Below, one piece after another: positions 37,762 through 46,647 of a stretch of 64,000 nt of DNA. The DNA lies in the NCBI GenBank assembly GCA_046758965.1, contig JBHIBG010000007.1:5276-69275 (forward strand). The letters are read 5' to 3'. The number at the start of each line of letters is the position of its first letter. Positions within the stretch are counted from its first letter, which is position 1. The notes beneath the pieces are model-generated. The model was given only the letters and a program-made list of their open reading frames with translations. It made no database searches and was not told the DNA's origin. A program made the translations under genes and the position numbers. The stretch comes from Candidatus Methylomirabilia bacterium (lineage in GTDB: Bacteria; Methylomirabilota; Methylomirabilia; Rokubacteriales; CSP1-6).

Positions 37762-39264
37762 ATGGAGTTCCTGGGCTGGATGTACGACATCGCGCGGGAG
37801 CAGGCCCCGCGTGAGAGGCTCCTGCTCGAGACGTTGCGCCGGTCGGGGGAGGCGGGGTACACCGCTGTCGGCCTCTACGTCGAGCACCGCTTCGCCTATC
37901 CCTCCGCGCCATGGGCGGCAGCGCCCGGCTGCCTCACGCCCGAGGCGATGCGCCGTCTGTCCGGTGCCCTGGGTGTCTCGGGCCCGCGGGTCATCCCGTT
38001 TCTCAATACGCTCGGACACATGGAGGGGTTCGTCCGCTCCGAGGGCGGGCAGTGGCTGGGCGAGGCGTCAGCCCGGGGGTCACTGCAGATTTGTCCAAGC
38101 CGTCCAGAATGCGTCGAGTTCGCCTGGAGTCTGGTTTCCGACGCGATGGGGGCGTTCGGCGACGGGTGGGTGCACATCGGGGGCGACGAGACAAGACAAC
38201 TGGGCGCGTGCCCCGCCTGCGCGGAGCGGGTGCGGTCGATCGGAAAGGCCGGATTGTACGCGGAGTACTTCGGCCGCCTCTGCCGTCGTGTGCTGGAGCG
38301 CGGGCGGCGGCCCTGCCTGTGGGGGGATCTGCTCGCGCGGCATCCCGAAGCCTTGAGCGGCATCCCGACCGAGACGGTGATCTTCGACTGGCGCTACGAC
38401 GCGGGCCCGGCGGAGACGACGCGCATCTTCCGACAACGCGGCTTCGAGGTGGTCTGCTGCCCGGCCCTGCGCAGCTACGATTCCGGATGGTGCTTTCTCG
38501 ATGAGACGCGGCAGCTCATCGACGCGCACGCAGCGGATGCGCGGCGTCTGGGGGCGCTGGGCGTCCTCGTGTGCGCCTGGGAGTTCTTCGGCTTCTCCTC
38601 CCTCCCGTCGGTGCTCCCGCTGATTTTCGCAGCGGGCCGACGCCTGGCGAGGGGTGAAGGCTGGACGGCAGCGACGGCATCGGAAGGCGGGCCCGGGTAC
38701 GCCGAGGCCGCGGAGATCGTGGGAAGCCGCCTTCCCGCTGCCTCGCGGTTTCTTCGTCCGGGAACGTGGCGCTCGCTCCGCGGACAGCTTGCGCTTCAGG
38801 GCGACCCGTTCGCTCTCTGGCGTGCGTGGAGGGAGGAGGCCTGCAGCGGGGCCGGCGAGGCGATTCTGCGCGACTGTGACCGAGCGGAGGCGCTCCTGCC
38901 GGAGGCCAGCCCGTTGCGATTTCCGGTCGAGCTGCACCGCGTCGCCGTGGAATGGGTGCGCCTCGTCGAAGGAGCGTACCGCCGCTATGCCGCCCGGGAT
39001 GTAGCCGGGTGCGCCACCGCACTCGCTCGGGGGCGCGCGCTGCTCGGGCGCTTGCAACCCGGCCTGGAGCGCATCGCGGCGGAGGGCGGGTCAGTGGGAG
39101 ATCTCCACCGGCTCGACCGCCTCCTGGAAGCGATCGATCGCGTTGCGAAGCGCCTGGGCGAGCTGCCGGGCGATGCCCCCTGGCGGCCCGCGTTCGAAGC
39201 GCTGACTCACGAGGCATTCACTCCAGGTGACCAGGCCGGGTGGCGAACGGACGGAGCGGCGTAG
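37762..39264 (+). CDS. Glycoside hydrolase family 20-like (beta-N-acetylhexosaminidase catalytic domain) protein with a Cys-rich C-terminal extension.
   Basis: GH20 catalytic blocks IPFLNTLGHMEGF and HIGGDE (the H-x-G-G-D-E acid/base pair). It carries the cysteine quartet CPSRPEC...CPAC and lacks a signal peptide. Confidence 0.6.
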   Translation: MEFLGWMYDIAREQAPRERLLLETLRRSGEAGYTAVGLYVEHRFAYPSAPWAAAPGCLTPEAMRRLSGALGVSGPRVIPFLNTLGHMEGFVRSEGGQWLGEASARGSLQICPSRPECVEFAWSLVSDAMGAFGDGWVHIGGDETRQLGACPACAERVRSIGKAGLYAEYFGRLCRRVLERGRRPCLWGDLLARHPEALSGIPTETVIFDWRYDAGPAETTRIFRQRGFEVVCCPALRSYDSGWCFLDETRQLIDAHAADARRLGALGVLVCAWEFFGFSSLPSVLPLIFAAGRRLARGEGWTAATASEGGPGYAEAAEIVGSRLPAASRFLRPGTWRSLRGQLALQGDPFALWRAWREEACSGAGEAILRDCDRAEALLPEASPLRFPVELHRVAVEWVRLVEGAYRRYAARDVAGCATALARGRALLGRLQPGLERIAAEGGSVGDLHRLDRLLEAIDRVAKRLGELPGDAPWRPAFEALTHEAFTPGDQAGWRTDGAA

Positions 39265-39386
39265 GTACTACGGTTCATCGCGCGTGCGCTTGCCACCTCC
39301 CGACGCGCATGGCAGCAGACCCTGTTGAAGAGGGGTGGTTCTGGTGCTATGGTCGGATGAAATCCTGCGAGCAGAGAGGTGACCTC

Positions 39387-39929
39387 ATGAGGATCGTGCT
39401 GCCGCACATAACCTACCGGAGCGAAGGGATACGTCTGGCGCCGCGCCCGGCCACCCTCGCCGGCAAGGTTATCGGGTTCCTGGATGGATGGGGGCGCCGT
39501 GAGGAAGATGGCAGCTTCCGGATGTACCCCCTCATGGAGGAGTTGAAGGAGCTTCTGGAGCAGCGGCACGGCGCGGCTGGCGCGCTTTGGCTCAAGAAGC
39601 CGAGCATCTCCAAGCCCGCCCCCAAGGAGCAGATCGCCGAGCTGGTGGCCGAAGCTGACGTGGTCATCAACGGCGAAGCGGCATGAGGGTCCTGCACTTA
39701 CGCGTCCGTGCAAGACGCGGTGGACTTGGAGCTTCAAGGTAAGCCGACTATCACCATCTCCCATGACACCTTCGAGCGAGCGGCCCGCAACCACGCGACG
39801 GCTATGGGGCTTCCGGATCTCCTGCTCCTGGTGGAGCCAGCGCCCAAAGGCGGCAACCTCAGCAAGGAGGCTCGGGCCCTGGCTGAGCAGAACCTTGAGC
39901 GCGTGCTCGCCGCACTAACCGCACGGTAG
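39387..39929 (+). CDS. Putative UGSC-motif selenoprotein. It is a single gene read through the in-frame TGA at 39684-39686 as selenocysteine, joining ORFs 39240..39686 and 39708..39929.
   Basis: The same frame continues across the TGA with no other stop: ...VVINGEAA-TGA-GSCTYASVQDAVDLELQGKPTITISHD.... This gives a U-G-S-C redox motif. A hairpin lies 15 nt downstream of the TGA. Both halves have coding-like composition. The downstream half has only a GTG, with no RBS of its own. Confidence 0.6.
39701..39719 (+). promoter_or_regulatory. Candidate bacterial SECIS-like hairpin downstream of the in-frame UGA.
   Basis: cgcgtc (39701-39706) pairs with gacgcg (39714-39719) around a 7-nt loop cgugcaa that contains a GU. 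It starts 15 nt after the UGA, within the spacing range for bacterial SECIS elements. Confidence 0.3.
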
Positions 39930-39975
39930 GATCCTGACCTTGCCCTCTCCCTCGGGGGGGAGGAAGGCCCTGGGG

Positions 39976-41061
39976 GTGCCGAATGTGAGGTCACCTGTTC
40001 AGGAACTCTCAGACTTCTGGGAGTGGTACGAGCTGGCATGTCAGAAGGGCTGGACAGATGGCCTTCTGGTCGCTCCTCCAACGGAAGAGCGGGTCCACGC
40101 CACCATCGACTATTTGGGTCGCGATCCCTTGGAGGTCCTTGGTGTGGTTCCACCCAAGCACGGGCTCGCGACGATCGAACAGATTGCCGTGAACTGCACC
40201 ATGGCAGGCTGCGAACCGGAGCATGTCCCGGTGGTGATCGCGGCGCTTGAGGCGATGCTGGAGCCTGAGTTCAACCTCCACGGGGTGCAATCCACGACGA
40301 ACCCCTGCGCCCCCCTGACCATCGTCAACGGGCCGATCGTCAGAGCGCTCGGCTTCAACGCCAAGGAGGGGGCCTTCGGTGGAAGCTCCCGAGCCAATGC
40401 CTGCGTGGGCCGCGCAATCCGCCTGATCCTCTGGAACATCGGCGGCGGCATCCCAGGTGAGACCGACATGTCGACTCAGGGGCAGCCGGCCAAGTATCTC
40501 TTCTGCGTGGCAGAGAACGAGGAGGACAGCCCCTGGGAGCCGCTTCATGTGGAGCGCGGATGCCGGCCTGAGGAGAGCGCGGTTACCGTCTTCGCCTGTC
40601 AGTCGCCGGATCCCCTTTTCGTCCCTGGCGCGGCGGAGCGCATCCTCCGGGTCATCGCCGCGACGGTTCCAACGCCGGGAGTCAACATGTTCCACACCGC
40701 TGGCCAGTTTCTCCTCTCCTTCGGCGTCAAGCCCGCCCAGGAGCTGGCCCGGGCCGGCTACTCGAAGGCAGAAGTCAAGCGCTGGGTCTGGGAGCACGCC
40801 CGGTATCATCTCGGACGGCTCCGTCGGAGCGGTGTCCTGGTAGAGGGCGAAGGCCACACGTACTATTGGGGTCACGGGGAGGGGGACGTTCCCGACCTCC
40901 ACACCTTGCCCGATGAGAGCAAGCTTCCCATGGTCCGCTCGCCGGAGATGATTCATCTGGCAGTGATCGGCGGGTCCTCCCAGTGGTGGGTCGGGATGTC
41001 AGCCGGCTGGGGAAACTACGGCGGCTACGCCGTGACGAAGCCGATCCGACTTCCCGGCTGA
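39976..41061 (+). CDS. Hypothetical Cys-rich protein, co-transcribed partner of the selenoprotein gene.
   Basis: Conserved-looking Cys positions (CTMAGCEPEH, NPCAPLTIVNG, ANACVGRAI, FACQSPD). RBS GGGAGGAAGG precedes GTG 39976; the ORF track opens at TTG 39940. No family was recognised. Confidence 0.55.
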   Translation: MPNVRSPVQELSDFWEWYELACQKGWTDGLLVAPPTEERVHATIDYLGRDPLEVLGVVPPKHGLATIEQIAVNCTMAGCEPEHVPVVIAALEAMLEPEFNLHGVQSTTNPCAPLTIVNGPIVRALGFNAKEGAFGGSSRANACVGRAIRLILWNIGGGIPGETDMSTQGQPAKYLFCVAENEEDSPWEPLHVERGCRPEESAVTVFACQSPDPLFVPGAAERILRVIAATVPTPGVNMFHTAGQFLLSFGVKPAQELARAGYSKAEVKRWVWEHARYHLGRLRRSGVLVEGEGHTYYWGHGEGDVPDLHTLPDESKLPMVRSPEMIHLAVIGGSSQWWVGMSAGWGNYGGYAVTKPIRLPG

Positions 41062-41131
41062 TCAGGCGCATCCTCGCGCGGTTTGGCGTTATCCCGGGGA
41101 GCGAGGGCCTTACAGTCAGTTGGAGGGAAAG

Positions 41132-43831
41132 ATGCCGGACGACTATTTCACGTGGAGCGCGGAGACCTTCCGGATAGATCGCATCTTCGCCAAGCCCGAA
41201 GCGCTCAGGGGGATCCGGGTCCTGGAGCTGGCGACCTTGATCTTGGGACCGGCCACCCCGGCGTACCTGGCCGAGTTCGGCGCCGAGGTGATCAAAGTCG
41301 AGCTGCCGGGGGTGGGAGACACGATGCGCTCGCTCACTCCGCGCGCCCGCTTCTGGAAGAACGCGGCCCTGGGCTGGCTCAGCGAGGCCCGGAACAAGTA
41401 CCACGTGGCCATCGACGTGAGGAAGCCGGAGGGGCAAGCCCTCTTCCGGTCCCTGGCGGCCCAGTCCGACGTCCTCGTCGAGAACCTCCGCGCCGGGACC
41501 ATGGAGGAAAAGTGGGGGATCGGCTACCGCCAGCTCTCCGCCATCAACCCGCGCCTCATCTACGTCGCCAACTCCGGCTTTGGGCAGTGGGGTCCCTTCT
41601 CCCGGGGCCGCGCCTCCTACGATGCCATTGCCCAGTCGGTGAGCGGGATGGCAGCCATCACCGGGTTCGCTGAGCGCGATCCTCTGAAGAGCGGAATCTG
41701 GATCGGCGACTACTTCGGTGCGCTCATGTCGGCGGTGGCGGTCCTGGCGGCGCTCCACTATCGGGATCGAACGGGGAAAGGGCAGTTCATCGACTTTGCC
41801 CAATCAGAGAATCTGATTCGCGCGCTCGACTGGACCTGGGTCTATCACGGCCTCACCGGTCAGAGCCGCGGCCGCCACGGCAACTGCGACGTGGCGGTGT
41901 CACCCTCGAGCTTTTTCGCGTGCCGGGACGGGATGGTGGCGATCGCTGCCCCTCACGATGAGGCCTTCCGGGGGCTCTGCGAAGCCATGGGCCGACCCGA
42001 GCTGGCCGAGGACCCCCGGTTCTCCACCCAGCTCGAGCGCCTGAAGGAAGAGAACATCGCCGCCCTCCTCAAGCTCATCGCCGAGTGGGCGAGCGACAAA
42101 GCCAGGGGGGAGGTGGATGAGCTGGGAAGCCGCTACGCTTTTGCGGCCGCTCCGGTGGCGAACGCGGAAGATCACTACCGCGACGTTCACCTCCGGAAGC
42201 GGGGCTCAGTCTGGAAGCTCGACGACCCCATCTACGGCTCCGTGGTGGAGTACGGCCCGGTCCCCAAGCTCTCGGAAACTCCGGGACGGCTTAAGTGGGC
42301 CGGCAAGCTCGTGGGGCAAGACAACCGGCTCATCTTGACGCGGGTCCTCGGCCTGAGCCCGGAGGAGATCCAGCCCCTCGAGGCCCGGGGCATTATCGGC
42401 AAGTGGAGCGACATGATCGGCCGGAAGCCTCCGGAGGGGTGGACAGACTCTGAGGAGGATTCCGCGAGTGCTTCACCCCTATCCCCGAGGCGTGAGGCCC
42501 CCTGGCCAATGCCAACAACGGCCTCGGTGAATGACCCGCCGCCCTGGACTGTCTGGGCGAAGGCGGCCACTGACCCGGCTCGGGCCTTCGACAAGCCCGA
42601 AGCTTTGGAGGGCATTCGAGTCCTGGATTGCTCGTACGGAAGCCTGGCCGGCTGTTTCTGCTCGTCGGTCCTGGCCGAGTTCGGGGCTGAGGTGATCCGA
42701 ATCGAGCCTCCGGAGGGCGACCTGGCGCGGCGGTTCACCCCGTTTGGCCTGCTTCATCAGGGGACCGGGCTCGGCTATCTGGTCGAGGGACGAAACAAGC
42801 ACCATGTGACCCTCAATCTCAGGCATCCCGGAGGCCAGGCGCTCCTCCGGACGCTCGCACAGAACGCCGATATCCTCATCGAGACCTTTCTCCCCGGCAC
42901 GATGGATGCCTGGGGGATCGGCTACCGCCAGCTCCGCGAGGTGAACCCCCGTCTCATTTATTGCGCGCTCTCAACCTACGGCCAGTTCGGCCCCAGGGCG
43001 GCATGCGGGAAGCCGCCAGCCGAGGTCGTTGACCAGGCCCTGTCCGGGGTCTCCTACTTCACGGGTGAGTCGGACCTGGACGTGGGGCCGGCCGCCTACG
43101 CGGTGCCGACCAAGCAGGGGAACTGGCATGGCTGGTACGCAGGAGGCGGCTACGGAGCGTTCGCGACCCTGCTGGCCCTCCATCACCGCGTCCTCACCCT
43201 AGAGGGGCAGCTCATCGATGTCTCCCCCGCGGAGGCCGCGATGCGCTTTGCCGACTACAACTGCCTCTGGTACCACGCCGAGGGGAAAAACCGGGAGCGC
43301 GTGGGGAACCTCGACATGGCGGTCTTTCCCTACACCTACTTCAGGTGCAAGGATGGCTTCGCGTTCATCGCCGGTTTCTCCGACGTCAACTGGGCGGCCC
43401 TCACCACGATCATGGGCCGGCCTGACCTCCGCGAGCGTTACCCGACGATCTTCCAGCGCCTCGAGCACGAGAAGGAGAAGGAGATTTACCGCGAGCTGGA
43501 GTCCTGGGCCACCAACTACAGCTCGGAGGAGATTCTGGAGATGGTCCAGAACTACAGAGGCAAAGGGGTGGTGGCCACCGGCCGAATCAACGAGCCGAAG
43601 GAGACCCTTGCCGAGGAGAACTGGTGGGAGCGGGGGGTCTTTCAGCGGATCCAGGACCCGTACTACGGCGAGCTACTCGTCCAGAATCCACCGTGGAAGA
43701 TGACCGAGACCCCGCCGCGGGTCAAGTGGGTCTGCCGGCCGGTCGGCGCTGACAATGAAGAGATCTACGCCAAACGGTTCGGCTTGGATTCCGCTTCCCA
43801 GAAAGCCCTTCAGGCGGAGGGGGTGCTGTGA
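41132..43831 (+). CDS. Tandem-fused protein with two family III CoA-transferase (CaiB/BaiF) domains, about 900 aa.
   Basis: Domain 1 has IRVLELATLILGPATPAYLAEFGAEVIKVE. A Ser/Pro/Asp-rich linker (DSEEDSASASPLSPRREAPWP) follows. Domain 2 has IRVLDCSYGSLAGCFCSSVLAEFGAEVIRIEPPEGD. RBS GGAGGG precedes ATG 41132. Confidence 0.85.
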   Translation: MPDDYFTWSAETFRIDRIFAKPEALRGIRVLELATLILGPATPAYLAEFGAEVIKVELPGVGDTMRSLTPRARFWKNAALGWLSEARNKYHVAIDVRKPEGQALFRSLAAQSDVLVENLRAGTMEEKWGIGYRQLSAINPRLIYVANSGFGQWGPFSRGRASYDAIAQSVSGMAAITGFAERDPLKSGIWIGDYFGALMSAVAVLAALHYRDRTGKGQFIDFAQSENLIRALDWTWVYHGLTGQSRGRHGNCDVAVSPSSFFACRDGMVAIAAPHDEAFRGLCEAMGRPELAEDPRFSTQLERLKEENIAALLKLIAEWASDKARGEVDELGSRYAFAAAPVANAEDHYRDVHLRKRGSVWKLDDPIYGSVVEYGPVPKLSETPGRLKWAGKLVGQDNRLILTRVLGLSPEEIQPLEARGIIGKWSDMIGRKPPEGWTDSEEDSASASPLSPRREAPWPMPTTASVNDPPPWTVWAKAATDPARAFDKPEALEGIRVLDCSYGSLAGCFCSSVLAEFGAEVIRIEPPEGDLARRFTPFGLLHQGTGLGYLVEGRNKHHVTLNLRHPGGQALLRTLAQNADILIETFLPGTMDAWGIGYRQLREVNPRLIYCALSTYGQFGPRAACGKPPAEVVDQALSGVSYFTGESDLDVGPAAYAVPTKQGNWHGWYAGGGYGAFATLLALHHRVLTLEGQLIDVSPAEAAMRFADYNCLWYHAEGKNRERVGNLDMAVFPYTYFRCKDGFAFIAGFSDVNWAALTTIMGRPDLRERYPTIFQRLEHEKEKEIYRELESWATNYSSEEILEMVQNYRGKGVVATGRINEPKETLAEENWWERGVFQRIQDPYYGELLVQNPPWKMTETPPRVKWVCRPVGADNEEIYAKRFGLDSASQKALQAEGVL

Positions 43832-45177
43832 AATCCGATCCGACGCAGGCTGACTACCTCACCTGGACGAGGGAAGCGTTCCGGCGCGATCGGATCTTCG
43901 CCAAGCCCGAAGCTCTCAGCGGGCTCCGCATTCTGGAGCTGGCCACCCTGATCCTCGGTCCCGTCACGCCTTCCTTCCTGGCCGAGTTCGGAGCTGAAGT
44001 GATCAAGGTTGAGCTGCCGGGCATCGGCGACCCGCTCCGCTCCATCACTCCCCGGGCGCGCTTCTGGAAGAACGCGGCGCTGGCCTGGCTCAACGAGGCT
44101 CGGAACAAGTACCACGTGGCCTTTGATGTCCGAGCCCCGGAGGGGCAGGCCCTGTTCAAGGCCCTGGCCGCCAAGTCCGACGTCGTCGTGGAGAATTTCA
44201 AGGCCGGGACGATGGAGGCCAAGTGGGGGATCGGCTACCGGCAGCTCCGGGAGCTGAATCCCCGCCTCATCTACGTGGCCAACACCGGGTTCGGGCAGTG
44301 GGGCTCGTTCTCCCAGGGCCGGGCCTCCTACGATGCGATCGCCCAGTCGGTGAGCAGCATGGCGACCATCACCGGCTTTCCGGAGCGGGACCCGGTCAAA
44401 TCCGGGGCCTGGATTGGCGACTACTTCGGGGCCCTCATGTCAGCCGTGGCCGTGCTGGTCGCGCTCCATTGGCGGGACCGGACCGGCGAGGGGCAGTTCA
44501 TCGACCTCGCGCAGTCCGAAAGCCTGATCCGCGCGCTCGACTGGACCTGGGTTCATCACGCTCTGACCGGAGAGAGCCGGAGCCGCTATGGGAACCGGGA
44601 TGTGGCGATCGCGCCCTCGGACATCGTGCGATGCCGCGATGGAATGGCTGCCGTTGCGGCGCCCTCCGATGACGCCTTCAGGGGTCTCTGCCAGGCCATG
44701 GGCCGCCCCGAGCTCGCCGAGGATCCGCGCTTCTCCACCCAGCTCGAGCGGTTGAAGGAAGAGCACGCGAAGGCTCTCGTCGCCCTCATCGCCGAGTGGG
44801 CGAGGGACAGGACGGTGGGGGAGGTAGATGCCCTCGGAGGCCGCTTCGGCTTTGCCTCGGCTCCGGTGCAAACCTCCCGCGATCACTACCATGACCCTCA
44901 CCTCCGCGAGCGAGGGGCGGTCTGGCAGCTCGACGACCCCATCTACGGCGAGGTGGTGGAGTACGGCCCGGTTCCGAAGCTCTCCGACACCCCCGGGAGG
45001 CTCAAGTGGGCAGGGAAGCCCGTCGGCCTGGACAACGACTATGTCCTGACGGCGATCCTCGGCCTCTCCCGGGAAGAGATCGAGAAGCTCGAGGCGAAAG
45101 GCGTCATCGGGAGGTGGAACGACGCGATCGGCCGGAAGCCTCCCGAGGGATGGGCAGGAGAGGGGAGGATTTTTTGA
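43828..45177 (+). CDS. Family III CoA-transferase, paralogue of domain 1 of the fused gene.
   Basis: It is collinear with domain 1 of the fused gene at protein and DNA level (FAKPEALSGLRILELATLILGPVTPSFLAEFGAEVIKVELPG vs FAKPEALRGIRVLELATLILGPATPAYLAEFGAEVIKVELPG). The GTG start overlaps the upstream TGA. Confidence 0.85.
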   Translation: MKSDPTQADYLTWTREAFRRDRIFAKPEALSGLRILELATLILGPVTPSFLAEFGAEVIKVELPGIGDPLRSITPRARFWKNAALAWLNEARNKYHVAFDVRAPEGQALFKALAAKSDVVVENFKAGTMEAKWGIGYRQLRELNPRLIYVANTGFGQWGSFSQGRASYDAIAQSVSSMATITGFPERDPVKSGAWIGDYFGALMSAVAVLVALHWRDRTGEGQFIDLAQSESLIRALDWTWVHHALTGESRSRYGNRDVAIAPSDIVRCRDGMAAVAAPSDDAFRGLCQAMGRPELAEDPRFSTQLERLKEEHAKALVALIAEWARDRTVGEVDALGGRFGFASAPVQTSRDHYHDPHLRERGAVWQLDDPIYGEVVEYGPVPKLSDTPGRLKWAGKPVGLDNDYVLTAILGLSREEIEKLEAKGVIGRWNDAIGRKPPEGWAGEGRIF

Positions 45178-46505
45178 AGCCGGGCGGCCGAGTGGGTGGG
45201 GGGCCGGATCGTCCGGAACAAGCGTGGGCCGAGTGGGCACAGGCGGCAACGGATCCCACCAACGCCAAGGAGAAGCCCGAAGCCCTCGATGATCTTCTGG
45301 TGCTGGACTGCTCTTACGGGAGCCTGGCCGGCAGCTTCTGCTCCTCCCTTCTGGCGGAGTTTGGAGCCGAGGTGATCCGGTTCGAGCCCCCCGAAGGCGA
45401 CCTCGCTCGGCACTTCACCCCCTGGGGGCTCCTCCAAGAGGGGACCGGACTCGGGTACCTCCCCGAGGGGCGAAACAAATTTCATGTCACGCTGAACCTC
45501 AGGCACGCCGAGGGACAGGAGCTGTTTCGGGCCTTGGCCCGTCGCGCGGACGTGCTGATCGAGACCTTCCTTCCGGGGATGATGGAGGGCTGGGGGATCG
45601 GCTACCGGCAGCTCCGGGAGCTGAATCCCCGCCTGCTGTACTGCGCTGTCTACACGTACGGCCAGTTCGGCTCCAAGGCCGCCTCGGGCAAGCCCCCGGC
45701 CGATGTCGTGGATCAGGCGCTCTCCGGGATCACCTCCTTCACCGGTGAGCCGGAGCCAGCCGAGGGGCCGGCTCCGTACGCGGTCCCGACCAGGCAGGGG
45801 AGCTGGTTCGGCTGGTACGCTGGCGGGGCCTACGCCGCTTTCGGGACCCTCGTGGCGCTCCGCTATCGTCGTCTCACGGGCCAGGGACAGTTCCTGGACG
45901 TTTCTCCGGCAGAGGCGGCGATGCGCTTTGCGGACTTCAACTGCCTCTGGTACCACGCCGAGGGGCAGAGCCGGGAGCGCCTGGGGAACCTGGACATTGC
46001 CGTCTACCCCTACACCTACTTCCGCTGCAAGCGCGGGTTTGTCTTCATCGCCGGCTTTCTGGACCCCAACTGGGCTGCCTTGACTGAGATCATGGGCCGA
46101 CCAGACCTCCGGGATCGCTACCCCACGATCCGGCGACGCCTGGAACATGCCAGGGAGATCCATCCCGAGATCGAGGCCTGGACCGCGAGGCACACCTTCG
46201 AGGAGATCCTCGACCAGGTGCAGCGCTATCAGGGCGGAGGAGTCGTGGCCACGGGACCGGTCAACGAGCCTCGGGAGACGGTGGCCGAGGCTCACTGGTG
46301 GGAGCGGGGGGTGTTCCAGCGCTTCCGGGATCCTTACTACGGCGAGATGCTGATCCAGAACCCGCCCTGGAAGATGACCGCCACCCCACCACGGGTAAAG
46401 TGGCTCTGCCGGCCTGTGGGGGCGGACACCGCGGCGATCTACGGAAAGTATCTCGGCCTCGGTCCCTCCCGGCTTGCGACCCTCAGGGACTCTGGAGTGG
46501 TCTGA
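45174..46505 (+). CDS. Family III CoA-transferase, paralogue of domain 2 of the fused gene.
   Basis: LVLDCSYGSLAGSFCSSLLAEFGAEVIRFEPPEGD...FLDVSPAEAAMRFADFNCLWYHAEG parallels domain 2. The probable TTG start at 45174 overlaps the upstream TGA (TTGA) and follows GGGAGG. Confidence 0.8.
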   Translation: MKPGGRVGGGPDRPEQAWAEWAQAATDPTNAKEKPEALDDLLVLDCSYGSLAGSFCSSLLAEFGAEVIRFEPPEGDLARHFTPWGLLQEGTGLGYLPEGRNKFHVTLNLRHAEGQELFRALARRADVLIETFLPGMMEGWGIGYRQLRELNPRLLYCAVYTYGQFGSKAASGKPPADVVDQALSGITSFTGEPEPAEGPAPYAVPTRQGSWFGWYAGGAYAAFGTLVALRYRRLTGQGQFLDVSPAEAAMRFADFNCLWYHAEGQSRERLGNLDIAVYPYTYFRCKRGFVFIAGFLDPNWAALTEIMGRPDLRDRYPTIRRRLEHAREIHPEIEAWTARHTFEEILDQVQRYQGGGVVATGPVNEPRETVAEAHWWERGVFQRFRDPYYGEMLIQNPPWKMTATPPRVKWLCRPVGADTAAIYGKYLGLGPSRLATLRDSGVV

Positions 46506-46647
46506 GCGGGGGGGCCAGGTCGTTCTTGACAAACCCCCATCACCTCGCTACCCTCTCACCACGCTCCGGCCGAGGCAGAGGCTCCCCGCGGCACGGCGCG
46601 GGGTTACGCACTCTCCGAGGACCGGACTCGACAGAGGAGGAACCACC

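Larger units (their letters stand above)
41132..46505 (+). repeat. Tandem segmental duplication of a two-domain CoA-transferase unit. Copy 1 is a single fused gene (41132..43831). Copy 2 is two separate overlapping genes (43828..45177 and 45174..46505).
   Basis: Copy 1 domain 1 (41161-41300) and copy 2 gene 1 (43872-44010) are collinear and highly similar at the nucleotide level (for example, gatcttcgccaagcccgaagc.ctcag.gg..tccg..tcctggagctggc.acc.tgatc.t.gg.cc). The second domains are also collinear. Confidence 0.7.
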
